This document shows, one piece after another, positions 1 to 13,100 of a stretch of 64,000 nt of DNA; the stretch's first letter is position 1, and every line of letters starts with the position of its first letter. Origin of the DNA: Isurus oxyrinchus (Eukaryota); NCBI GenBank assembly GCA_026770705.1, contig JANJGN010000008.1, positions 50,220,001 through 50,284,000 on the forward strand. The letters run 5' to 3'. The notes under the pieces are model-generated. The model was not told where the DNA came from and made no database searches. It worked only from the letters and a program-made list of their open reading frames with translations. A program made the translations under genes and the position numbers.

Positions 1-589
1 GTGATTAGTTTACCCAGCTCATGATACTGCATCATGAAGTATAATCCAGCCTGATAATCTTGCTTGTATGTAAAATGTGAATGGGAAATCAGCTGATCTG
101 TCTATTCCAATGATCAATACTGGTCTTACCCACACAGAAACCAATTATGGAAGAGATAAGTGGGCTTTTAATAAGAGCAGTCAGAACTCTAACCATATTA
201 TAGATTGATTTATTTAATGCAAATGGTCAATGACATTTTTTCCAGAATTACCAGTGATTAGCAATAGTTCTTTCCTGAATATGAAAAAAATAAGTCAAAA
301 CAAAATCTGATGCCTATAGGTCATAATCTAACATAGTTTGATAAAGTTGCCAAAGCCTAGCTTGTGCCAAGAGAAAAACACAGAGGAATTAAACCAAAGT
401 ACTACACAGCTACACAAAATAACCAACCAGAATGTTTTGAACATCTTTGTCTTTAGTAAAAATGCAGAAATTGTGATCAAAAACATCAGGCTGTATTTAT
501 AACTTGCATCCCAGAAAAAGTGATAACTTGATGAAGCCAAATAATTAACCACCAGGAATGAAGACGCTAAAAATGAGGTACTGTTCATT

Positions 590-595
590 TTTATT
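590..595 (-). promoter_or_regulatory. probable ANKHD1 polyadenylation signal AATAAA
   Basis: + strand tttatt ~450 nt past the stop, followed on the minus strand by T/GT-rich sequence; a second AATAAA lies at 209-214. Confidence 0.55.
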
Positions 596-1044
596 GAATA
601 TTAAGGTAAATATTTCACATTAATACAGGCTACATAAAGTAGAGCCACTATACGACATGAAATTTACTCTTGTTTTAACCCTTTTTAGTATGTAAACAAT
701 TATACATGTATTTACCACTCTAAAACATCTGGATTAATTCACATAATTATCTAGTCCTCGGCTGCATACAAGCAGTTTACAGTACTGTTTAGCCAGCAGC
801 ACAAGAATAGTTTGTCCCAAGTCTTAAGTCAAAATGGCTAAACTAACCAGAGAACCGAACCTGCTATGCAGGTGATCACTTTGTTCATAGACAGTGGTAA
901 ATCAATTAAGTTCATGCGTAACAGCCCACACAGAATTTCAGTTAGGCACATCAGAAAAGTTTTGTCCTGTTAATTTCTTCCCAGATCAACCTAGCTTCAA
1001 TCTCAGAAAGACATGTCAGGAATTTGTGGGCATGCTTGCGTCCT

Positions 1045-1104
1045 CTAGTTGACATGGTTCAGATGCACGTTACCAATATGTGGTGCCCAGGTTCCAGGCC
1101 ACAC
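1045..1104 (-). CDS. ANKHD1: ANKHD1 last coding exon (VWPGTWAPHIGNVHLNHVN*)
   Basis: acceptor ttttgcag|GTGTGG; TAG at 1045-1047; matches the conserved MASK C-terminus. Confidence 0.93.
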   Translation of the reverse strand: MWPGTWAPHIGNVHLNHVN

Positions 1105-4100
1105 CTGCAAAAGTACATTAAAACTGGATGTTTATTTATGACATATGTAATCCTGTTGGAGAAGCTTACTTGCCAGTAAATACCATAGAACACTACTAGA
1201 AAAGCAAATTATTTCAGATGCTGGAAATCTAAAATCAAAACATAAAATGCTGGAAATACTCAGATCTGGCAGGAACTGTGGAGGGCGAAACATTGTTGTG
1301 TTTCAGGTTGATGATCTTATATTGGAACTAGAAAAAGTTAGAGATGTAACAGGTTTAAAGCAAATAAAGAGACAGAAGAGAGACAGAAGAGTGGGGTAGT
1401 GAAGAAAACAAACGGGAAGCTCTAATTGACAAGACAGGAGAGATTAAGGGATGAGGCACAAGGCAAAACAAAGGTAGTAATGGGACAAATAAACAAAAAA
1501 AATGTCTAAAGGTGGTGTAAATGGGAAAATGCAGCATCATTACCAACAGCTGCCATCCAAGAACAAACAAAACTGCAGCTCTCCCACACCCCCCGCCCTC
1601 AAAATGGGTGCAGGGATTTTGACCTGAAATTGTTGAACTCTCATGTTGAGTCCAAAAGGCTGTAAAATGCCTAATGGAAAGATGAGGTGCATTCCTTGCG
1701 CTTCAATGGAATAGTGTGGAAGGCCGAGGACAGAAGGGTCAGGGTGGGAGTGGAATGGGGAATTAAAATGACAGGCGACTGGAAGTTCAGTGTCATGCTT
1801 GTAAACTGAATGGAGGTGTTCTAAAAGCAGTAACCCAACCAGCATTTAGTCTCCCTGATGTGGGGGCTTCTACTTAAAATGTAGACTCTTGTTTCTTTCT
1901 CCACAGATGCTGCCAGAAATGCTGGTTATTTCCAGCATTTTCTATTTTTACATCATAAAACATGAATCCAACTAAACACATTCCAATGTTAAGATTTGAA
2001 GGCTCTCAGAGGAGAAACTAAAGTCATTCCAGTAATAGACAAAGATGATTATGTGCTTAATTCACAAGCTGGAGCTTGTATCAGGTCAGTTACATTTTGT
2101 TGCCTTTCCTGCCACTGATCCGAATGATTTTTGTTTTTTTAAAAAATGTGTTTGCTTTGTTCTTACTTGCACCAACAACCCAATATTACCATTCAATGAA
2201 TGTTCACTGCTACACATATTATCCAGAGCAGCAGTTATATTATGATGTAATCAAATGTTGTTGTCACAATACAGTTATAAAGGCAAAAATAAACTTATCC
2301 CGGTCCATGCATATATTGTGACAATCGATACCCAATTGATAATTCCAATGGATACACCAATGTACATGGTACAAATAAGATTTTTGAGTGAAAGTATATT
2401 ATTTCAATAGATGCTTAAGTTTTACTAAGTCACAAGGCAAATTTGAACTCACCCAGGGCTAGACATTTGCCAAGCAAGTCAACAACTTTTGAACATCGGG
2501 CGGGGTGCAAAGAGATACAGTACGGTTATCAGTGTACATGTGGAAGTTGACTCTGCACTTGCACAAGTTGAGGAATAGTATGTAATTATATAGGTGAGAT
2601 TCAAGGGTAGAACGCAGAGGCAAATAGGAAAAGGTATTTGGGATGCAGGAATTGACTGGAACCATAAATGTGCAATGGACACATCAAGGATAAGGGACAT
2701 TGAGTGGTCAGTGGCAAGGCAACAGAGTGGACAAGAACAAGATGAAGGGGCAGCAAGCTCCAGATCTCGTCATGTAGGATACTATTCATAACTTTGTCCA
2801 TAGTAGTCTTGGTGCTGATATTTGATGAAAAGTCAGAATGGAGGGGTGTGAACTGTGGGAGACAAGCATTCAGCTGCATGGCAGTGACAACATAAACGTC
2901 TCAGAGCAGAAAGCTGATACAAAATGCTGGTTATACACTTTTTAAAATCAATTTTTTTTTTTATTATTCATTTTACAGGATGTGGGTGTCAGTGGCTAGA
3001 TCAGCATTTATCACCCATCCCTAATTGCCCTTGGGAAGGTGGTGGTGAGCCACCTTCTTTAGGCGCTGCAGTCCATGTGGTGTAGGTACACCCACAGTGC
3101 TGTTAGGGGGTGAGTTCCAGGATTTGACACAACGACAGTGAAAGAACGGTGATATGCTTCCAAGTCAGGATGGTGAGTGGCTTGGAGGGGAACTTCCAGG
3201 TGGTGGTGTTCTCAGGTGTCTGCTGCCCCTTGTTCTGCTAGATGGTAGTGGTCGTGGGTTTGGAAGGTGCTGTCTAAGGAGTCTTGATGAGTTCCTGCAG
3301 TGCATCTTGTAGATTGTACACACTGCTGCCACTGTGCGTCGGTAATGGAGGGAGTGAATATTTGTAGATGGAGTACCATCAAGTGGGCTGCTTTGTCCTG
3401 GATGGTGTTAAGCTTCATTTACTTTTGTAATCCTGTTATGAACTTTAAAGAGATCTAAACCCCCATGTTGAGAGTGCTGAAAGTTCATTTTATTCTCACC
3501 TGTTGGGGGTCAGCATTCTCAGAGGAGTTTGTGACAACCTTTATCATAGGATTCCAGGCAGGGTCTGTAGCATGAAGTCCATTAAAAAGAGGAGCCCCTG
3601 GACCATCAGCCAACTGTGGATGTGGGGGAATCATAGCATTCCCATACATGGAAAGTGGCAAGCCCTGCTGAAAAGGAAATAAAATAATTCTAGGTTTCAT
3701 GAAACAGCCACAGGTCTAGTGTAAAATCAGAAAACAAACTTTATTACTTATTTCTAGGACAACTTCCAATGATTGTTTTCACATATAGGTAACAGTCTAC
3801 TTATTTATAATTTGGATAACTGGAGGAGATGGAGCCTTTATTTTATTGGTGCATCACAACTAAACCATTGCCCAGTTAACTAACTGATACTTAACAATTA
3901 CTAACTTTAGGCAAATCAAATACATAACAACCCAGGTGAAATATTGTATTTTTTCTATATAGAATGTCAGCACTTAATATCAAGAAAATTATCTGTGCTG
4001 CATACTTTGTCTTTGTCAATGAAACACATGGATTGTAATCAAAGCAAAATTAATGAACCTATTTTAAGCAAAATAGCCAACTGTGATGGCCTAGGTGTAG

Positions 4101-7100
4101 TAGGGTAAGTTAATCATTCAAGTAAAGAAATTAAAGCACAAAGGAAATAATAATGAGCTTTCAAAGTAAGGGAGCAAAAAAAAAGTCTTACTGATTACCT
4201 ATTCATTTCCAATAAAAAAGTGTTAACCATGCTGTTCAAAACTCAAGCTTATGGATGCATCAAATGGCACAGACTGTATCTACAGCATTAGGTCCAGCCA
4301 TTCCATCTTATGTAGGAAATAAAAGTTATCTGCATTAAACTTCTGTCTTTGCATGTTTTGTGCTGCAGGGCTATGAAGTAAAGACGTAAAATCCAAACAT
4401 GTTTGGGGCCAAATATGTAACAATTGCACTAACAATTACTCTAAATGAATGAAGAATCTCAGATTTATTGAGGTGCTTAGGTTGGACTATTGTGATGAAA
4501 GTATAATCATTTTCATAATATTCTTCTGATTTATTGTGAAGCAGGTTTTTGGGGTAAGTATAGTTGGGTGCGTGTGTGATTAAGTTATATTTTGTAGTCA
4601 AGTAGGCTGCAAGCCTTAAATCAAAAGAAGCTAGGTGCTTGACATGCTAATGAGTAAACATGGATACTGGCTGAGCATGTAAGGTGTGAAGGAAATTTGC
4701 ATTTTTAGATAAATGGAGGGATACGTGGATTTCAAAGGGTTCTTAGTCTGTTTCCAACTAGCCAGATGAGCAAGGCTAAGGAATGTGTTTATTTTTCATA
4801 AAGTGGCAACACGAAAGTTTTTGTTATGAGGAAGATATCATTTCAAAGACATGGAACAATAGAATTTACATATTAAAAAGAGAGAAACATATATAAAGGA
4901 GAATGAAAGGCTATGTGAAGGCCATGTAAGATCTAGCAGGTGTGTGTGAAATAGCTTTAATGAAGCCTCTAGCATTTGTGCATAAGTCTGTTATCTAATG
5001 AAACTGAAGTTGGGGAAAAGCCATTTGGAATTTCACTGTCCAGGGTATTTTGTTAACTTGCCAAGTTTGTTTTAAATCTAAAATCTATTTTGGACCATTG
5101 CCTTAAAGTGGATGTAACTGGGGATCAAGTTAATTGGGAATTTTAATTATTATTATAATAGTACGTAATTTGCAGTCTAATCTATGTGCTTGAAATATTT
5201 TATATTTTGTTAATAAATATTTTATTTAATTTTCAAATCTCTAAAGGTGTTGGTGGGCTTATGGCTTCTGAATTCAGTGCTCACATCTCATAATAAATAC
5301 AAATTGCAAAACTGTTGTGATAGCGTGGCCAAGTTTCCCTCATGATTAGGTCTGCCTGGCACACATCATCTGCCTCATAGCACTACTGTCATTCCTGCAG
5401 AGTTATAAAGCACAAAACTTGAATATTACAGTTCAAATAAGGCTGGCAAGACTGAATCTTTCAGAAATTTCAATACTTGCATTTTTGCAATGGAAACTTA
5501 CATTGAACTACCCGATAGCAATTCAAAGCTTAAAAACTTGTAAGTCCTTAAAAACTCAAAAAAAAATTAAATGTTGAAAGCACAAAGGTCAGCCAGTATA
5601 CGTGGATAAGAAACTCTGATGAAAGCTATATGCCTATTTCCTTTTATTCACTGCTGCGGTGCGGGCGTGCTGGTAGGCCCGAATGATCCACAGCCCGAAT
5701 AATCCATAGAAGGGAAGTAGGCTTTCTTCCTTAACTGAATGTCCACGTAGTAACAAAACTCCCACAATCACAATAGGTAAAATTTGATCCAGCAATGACA
5801 AAGGAGTGACAATCTGTGTCCAAGTCAGGATTGAGAGTGACTTGAAGGGATCTTAAGAGGTGATGGTGTTCCCATTTTCCTGCTGTCCTTTCAGGCAGTA
5901 GGCATGAGAATTTGGGAGATGCTGCCAAAGAAACCCTGTAAAGTTGCTACAATGCATCTGGCAGATGGTACATTCTGTAGCTACAGTCCACTGGTGGTGG
6001 TGGAGGTGAGATACTCAGAATACACAGTCCCTGTTCTACTGCAGTGGCCATAGAATTTATATGGCTGGTCCAGTTGAGTTTCCAGTCAATATTAACTCCC
6101 AGGATGTTGATAATGGGTCACTCAGCAATGACAATACACTGAATGTCAAGGGGAGTTGGTCAGGTTTTCATTTGCTGGGGATGGTCATTGTATGACAGTG
6201 TGTGGCCTAAATGTTACTTGCCACTTAGCACACCAAGCTTGAGTGTTGTCCAGGTATAACTATATGTGGGCATTCACTGATTTGCTACAAACATGCTGAA
6301 TTCACAAAATTAATTATTTTGGAATGCAGTGTCTAGGTGTGCAAATGTAGACGATATTAGCAGATATCAATGAGAAAAAAAAGGCAAGGAGAAATATTGA
6401 CCAGGACATCAGAAGAATTCCCTCCTCTCCTCTGAATAGTCCCATGGGGACTTTAACATCCACTCAAACTAATCGAATAGGCAGAGGGAGCCACAACTTA
6501 ACATCTCGCCCCATCCCTGTTCTGGCTGAGGTAGACTAAGTATGCCTCCTCACTCTACCTGTAGTAAAATAAATGTTGGCACTCTGCTGTGGTTTGACGA
6601 ATAATCACTGATCTCTGACTTTGGGCAGAGAACTTGAGAAGAAGAAAATTCATATGATGCAGAGGAAGTGCTGAATTGTGTATGCTACCTTGGGGTGAGA
6701 TGTTAAGTTGTTGCTCCATCTGCCTATTCCATTAGTTTAAGTGAATGTTAAAGATCCCATGGTGCTATTCAAAAGGAGAGGAAATTCTTCTGGTGTCCTG
6801 GCCAATATCAATATGAGTGTGGAATTGCATTGAGCTGTTGGGGAAGCCCGAATTTGCTCTGTGTATTGTTAGTAACTTGTGACATTTTAATGTCATGACA
6901 ACCTTTTGTTTCACCTATTCTCTTGCAAAGCTGATCAGGTCATTTGCATGAGAGCTTTGTGTGTCTTAAGGATTATAATATGATAGTTTCTTGATCAGAA
7001 GTACTTAACTCCTATATCAGACTTCACGCTTATAACAAAGTTAATAATGTGTTGGGGGGCCGATAGCTCAATTGGCTAGACAGCTAATGTGTGGATCAGG

Positions 7101-10100
7101 TTAATGCCAACAGCATTTGGTTAGGTCCGTGTGACAAAAAAAAGGGTGGTCCAGGATGAAATCAAAGGAACTGAAGCTTCATGACGAGAGTCAAAAATCT
7201 CTATAGCTTGAATGAGACAAGTTTGAAGCAACATTAGTAGTAGTCAGCAGCTGCCATTATGTAGAAGTGTTACTTAAAACTAACACCAGGACTAGAGGGA
7301 ATGATCTCCCATAGTTCAAAGCAGCATCCAAATCTACATGAACTGCAATAGTTCAGTACATAAACGTTGCTATGATCCCAGCTATGAGAATACTGGACAA
7401 GTCAGATACTTGTTAGGTTCTGGCTTGCTGGGCCATAATCATTTAAAGAATGTAATGTGTGGAAGGACCAAGGGTAAGGAAATAAGCGGCAGGATTCAAA
7501 GGTTAAATGGAAACAGAAGAATTTTTACTATACAAACTTGAACAAAAACAAACAAGCAATTATGACTAAATAGGTACACTGAGCAAATAAAATAATGATT
7601 CAAAACAATATGAACTTCTACCTTAAACGCAATCCAACAGGCTTAGTCCAGTTTAACGTTTTTACTGTGGCTTTCACTTTGATAGGATTTTAAACATACT
7701 CGTACTCAGGAAGGCAGTTCCTTTCTCTCTGGGTCTGGCTGGACAGATCACAGCTCAGGTCGATGGTATATTCCTAACAAAACAACATACTGGCCCAAGC
7801 AGAAGCATCGCTGATGGTCACACACCACGACTGACCAGACACACGTAGACAAGCACTTGGTGTTTATTCTGTAGGTGGACTTCTCTCTTTACAGGACTAC
7901 TTGGTCCTACCCAATTCTCTAGAACACACTGTTCTCCTTTCTAAACATACAGAAGAGTTTTCCGATTAAACACAACAGACTGGATGTCTGCAGTGTCCAG
8001 GTTAGCTTCTCATACACTTTTTCCAAAAAAAAGTGTTCCTTTTAATAGCATAGCTCCATCATCAGCAACTTTCTCCATAGCAAACTCAGGGTTTTCTTGC
8101 TTCTAAAAAGTCTCTCAGCTGGGAGAAATGTTCAAGTATGGTTTGTAAACAGACAAAGGCATACTAAACCAAACCAAAAGTAAACAGCGCCCAATTCACC
8201 TAAAACTGAAACCAAAACTCTACATTCTTAATATAAGTCACAACTGAGACAGTTATAACAACATGGAATGCAAAACCTCAAGGCCAAGACAACACCACCC
8301 AAACCTTTCATATGTCTTAACCTCAATGTATATTGTAGAATTACATACAAATAAACAGGAAACCATCAAATGACAAGAAATGAGGCTACAGCTCAAGACC
8401 AATAACTTGAGACTTAATTGGAGAACCTGGAGGCAGCGCAGATTAAAGGAGTTTTGGGGCAGAACAGCAAGAGCCCAAAGGAAGCGCAAGTGTTAGGGAG
8501 CAAAGTAAAAACAAACTGAAGTGACATCAACACAAGGGAAGGTGCTAATTGGCAAGTAGTTAGTGAGTTTTTTTTTAAGTCTCTAATTTATTTATGTTAA
8601 GTTTAGTTAGTAATCTAATAAAGGCATGGCAGTGCACCTTAATTTCATGAAATGCACATTCTGTTCATGTGTGAACTCCAGGATGCTTCTAGTGTCCTAG
8701 ATAACCAGAAGTGCAATTGTCAGTTGGAGGAGCTCAAGCTCTGGGTTTCAGAGCTTAAGCAGCAGTTGATGTCAATGCAGTGCTTCCACGAGGCTAAGAG
8801 CTAAATAAATATCACATTTCTAAAAGTGGACACGCTCCAATATGCACGAGTGTCCAAGCAAGGCAAGGCAGGTATTGCAAAGATCTCCCAGATGCATCTC
8901 ACTCTGAATATTGTTGAGGTTGAAGGCTCCATTTGTAAATGCAGCCAGTGCCGAGTTCATGGTGCCACGGGTGGCTCAGCTGTGCAGGAGTGGGAGGAGG
9001 TGATGAGGTAAGCAATAGTGCTAGGTGATTCAAACCATATGGGGAACAGGCAGGTATGTTGCGCTCCTGAGGACAGAGTCAAGGACATCATTGAGCAGCT
9101 GCAGAACATTCTGAGGTGGTGGTGGTGGGGAGGAGAGAGAGAGAGAAGAGGATGAACAGCCAGAGGTATGGTCCATATTGTTACCAATGCCATATGTGGA
9201 AAAAGGGATGAGTCCTGTAGGCAGATTTTAGGGATCTGGGAAAGAAATTAAAAAGTAGGAGCTCAAAGGTAGTAATCTCCACATTACTCCAATAGCCAAG
9301 TGCTGGAATAAAAGTAAATGCAGCTAAATGCGTGGTTCAAGAGATGGTGGAGGAGGGCTTTAGGTTTCTGAGAGCATTGGGACTGGTTTCAGGGAGATGA
9401 GTACTGTACAAACCAGATGGATTGCGTCTCAACAGGTCCAGGACCAATATCTTGACAGGTGGTTTGCTAGTGCTGTTGAGAAGAATTTAAACTAATTTGG
9501 TAAAGGAATGGGAAGAAAAACAAGCCAGAAATAGAAGATAGATTAGTGTTATGGACTTGATTTTCCAGATAGGTTTCTGATAAGAAACAGTGAACTTTAT
9601 TTACAGGGCTTCAGCAGCAGTTACATGCATCCATCAAGAACCACAACTAGACAAACTTCACCCCTAAGTTTCCCTGCGCTTTGGGCTGATTCACTGTCAT
9701 GTGATACTACAGTATAAGTCTTACAGCTACAGTCATGACATTCCTTAAAGCTACAGTTACTACACTTCTCCCCCTTAATTTTTTGTACAAATTTGTATTT
9801 ACAAGAACCACATTCATGACATTACAAATATATACACACAGGTTATAAAATTATAAGTTCAGTCTCTCAGGTGGTTTTCTGATGGGTGGAACGTTGTAGC
9901 TCCACGACTTTAGAATCTCTCACTGAATCTTCATTCTCTGGAACCACAGCAACATCAGGTACCTCCTTAGGCACAGGAAGCTCAGTGTTATCCACTCCAA
10001 CAGAGACATCTAATATGTCTATCACAAATCACAACGGGGACCACAGGTTCTACAATGGTTACAGGTGGAATATCGGTTTGTTGGGGCATCTCCCTTCTTC

Positions 10101-13100
10101 TCAAATGATCATGTTTTGGGGTGACCTGGCCTTCTACTGCTACATGGTATGACAACAGTCCAGTCACAGAAACTACTACACCAAGTAACCAACTCGATCC
10201 ACCACCAGAGTTTCATACAAATACGGTTTCACTGACAGTAAATTCTTGCTCTTGACTATGCAAATCATGAGTTACTTTTTGATTTGCTTGGCTGCTCTCT
10301 ACATTCCCCTCCAAATTGGGAAGTACCAGGTTTAATCTTGTACGAAGGCAGCGCTTTATAAGTAATGCGGTGTTGAACCTGTAGTATGTGGGTCGTTCTA
10401 TGGTGAAATAGGAAACATGAAAGTTTAGTCTCCAATGATCCTCCTGATATTATTCTTATCACAACTTTAAAAGTTTGTACTGCTCTCTCGGCCAATCCGT
10501 TAGACGACAGATGATACGGTGCTGTCTTTCCGTGTTTGATACGATTTAGGCTCACAAATCCTTGAAATTCAGCATTAGTAAATGCAGTACCGTTGTCTGA
10601 GAAAATGACTTCTGGCAATCCATGTGCAGAAAAACTTTGGCGTAATCTTTCTACAGTCACACCTGACATTGGCCATCTAACTTCATACATGCCTAACCAT
10701 TTGGAATGTGCAATTATTGGTAGAAACCTGGTGCCTGGAAATGGACCTACATAGCCTATATGCAGTCACGCCCAGGGTCAACCAAGACATTCCCATGGGT
10801 GCAGTGGGGCTGCAACAGGCAACTTTTGAAGTCGCTAGCACTGGAGACAGTTCTTAAACATTATTTCTATATCACTGTCTATACCTAGCCACCAGATATA
10901 GCTTCTTCCAAGCACTTGCGTTTTGGAAATTCCAGGATGCGCACTATGCAGCTCAATTATGAGTGAAGAAACGACGACTCATGCAACCCACAATAGGATA
11001 CCATCCTGACTACTCAATTCATTCCTTCGAGTGAAGAATGGCTTCAATTCTTCAGGAACTGGTTCCTGGGGCCATCCTTTCAATACTTGGTTTCGTACTC
11101 TAGACAAGACTGGACCACGGTTCATCCAGTTTCTTACTGGTCTTGCGCAGACTGGCGCAGGATCCAGGAAATTCATCGCTAATACGATCTCTAGGGGAGT
11201 TGGAGCATATTCATTGCTTTTCTGCAAAGGAAGGCAACTTATGGCATCTGCATTGGCTATATGCATCCCTGGTCTGCACATAAAAGTATATTCATATGCT
11301 GATAAAATCAAAGCCCATCTTTGAATTCTTGCTGAAGCTATGGGACGGATAGCTTTTTCTTTGCTAAACAGACTCAAGAGCAGTTTGTGATCAGATACTA
11401 TAGTAAAGTGTCAACCATGTACATACTGATGGAATTTTCTAACTCCAAAAATAATCAAAAATCTTTCTTTCTTGATTTGTGAATAACTCTTCTCAGCTGT
11501 AGAGGGAGTGGATGCATAGCCTATTGATCTTTCTGAACTATCATCCATCTTGCAAGATAGCACCGCTCCCATAACATAGGGGAATGCGTCGCAAGTTAGC
11601 ACCAATTATTTTGTCAGGTTGTAGTGTGCTAACAAGTTCGAAGAGTGCAAGAGCTGTTTAACTTTCGTGAAAGCTTCTTCTTGAGGCCAACACTGTTTTT
11701 ACTTTAATGAGCGTGGAAGGGCTTGGACCATTGATAAGTTGGGTAGGAATCAGCCATAGTAATTTACCATACCCTAGAATGACTTAAGCTCAGACATTTG
11801 TAGCTGAGGGTGCCTCCTTGATAGCTTTGACTTTTTCTTCTACTGGGTGTAACCCTTGAACATCCACCTGGTGGCCCAAGTAAATGACTTCACTTGCCTG
11901 AAAGGTACACTTATCCTTTTTCAAGCACGCCCTCACTTCCAAGAATCACTTTAAGTCCTTTTCCAAGTTAGCCAAGTGTTCCACTTCTGTTAACCCAATT
12001 ATTAGGACATCATCCAGGTAGACCATGACTTGAGGTAGTCCTTGCAGAAAGCTCTCCATTGTCCTCTCGAAAATCATGCAGGCCGAAGGAACACCGAAAG
12101 GCAGGCGTATATATTGATGCAACTCTTTGTGTGTGTTTATGGTTACAAATCCTCTAGATGTATCATCCAGTTCCAGCTGCTGATACGTGTGACTCATATC
12201 CAATTTAGTGCAAGTTCTTCCTCCTGCTAATTTGACATACAGATCCTCGAAACTGGGAATGGGTGCTTGCCCAACTTGGCACCCTTGTTTACTATTAACT
12301 TGTAATCCCCACAGATACGGATGATCTGATCCGGTTTCAAGAGAAGGACTGTGGGTGCTCCCCATTTCAAAATTTGAAGCAGCTGAGTAATACTCAGTTT
12401 CTCTAAACAGTTTCATTCATTGTCAACCTTCTCTCTCAGGGGATGAGACACAGGACTGGCTTTAAAAAAAAAAAGAGACGTTGCTTCAGAGTCAATATAG
12501 ATCTTATCCTGCCTTTGATTTTCCCCAGTTCTTCTCGAAAGACCTGGTCATATTTCTTTAACAGCTCTGGCAGTCCTCCAGCTCTCAGCTGGAAAATTTC
12601 AGACCAATTTAGTTTAATTTCCTTTAACCAATCACAACCTAGAAGACTTGGTCCTTCACCTTTCACTACAATCACAGGGAGCTGTGCTGCCTGGTGCTTG
12701 TAATAAACAGGTACAGTGGTAACACCTTTCACTTGTATGGCTTCACCAGCTTACGTTTTCAATTTGGCTGAAATTTGCTCCACATTCAATTGTTGAGTAC
12801 CCTTGTTCAAATATTTGAATGCGTGTTTCCCCACTACAATGGTTGATGCACTGGAATACACTTCCATAATCAAACCATTTCCATTGACCTGCAGAGTAAC
12901 AGCGATTGGCTCTGTTATCCCTACTTTCACATTAAATAGAGAATAAACGTTGGAATCAATGGTTCTTGGTTCTTCCACATTATGTACTTCGATCAGTTTA
13001 GTTTGCTGCCCGAGAGTCTGTATCAATGTTGCTCGACATTGCTTCAGTATGTGCCCTCTTTTATGATAATAATGGCAGTCCAGCTCTTTAAAATGGCAAG

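Noticed and set aside
7055-7125. tRNA-like sequence gggggccgatagctcaattggctaga
   Set aside because: Only an A-box/D-arm; no T-arm or acceptor stem, so probably a decayed SINE head rather than a tRNA gene.
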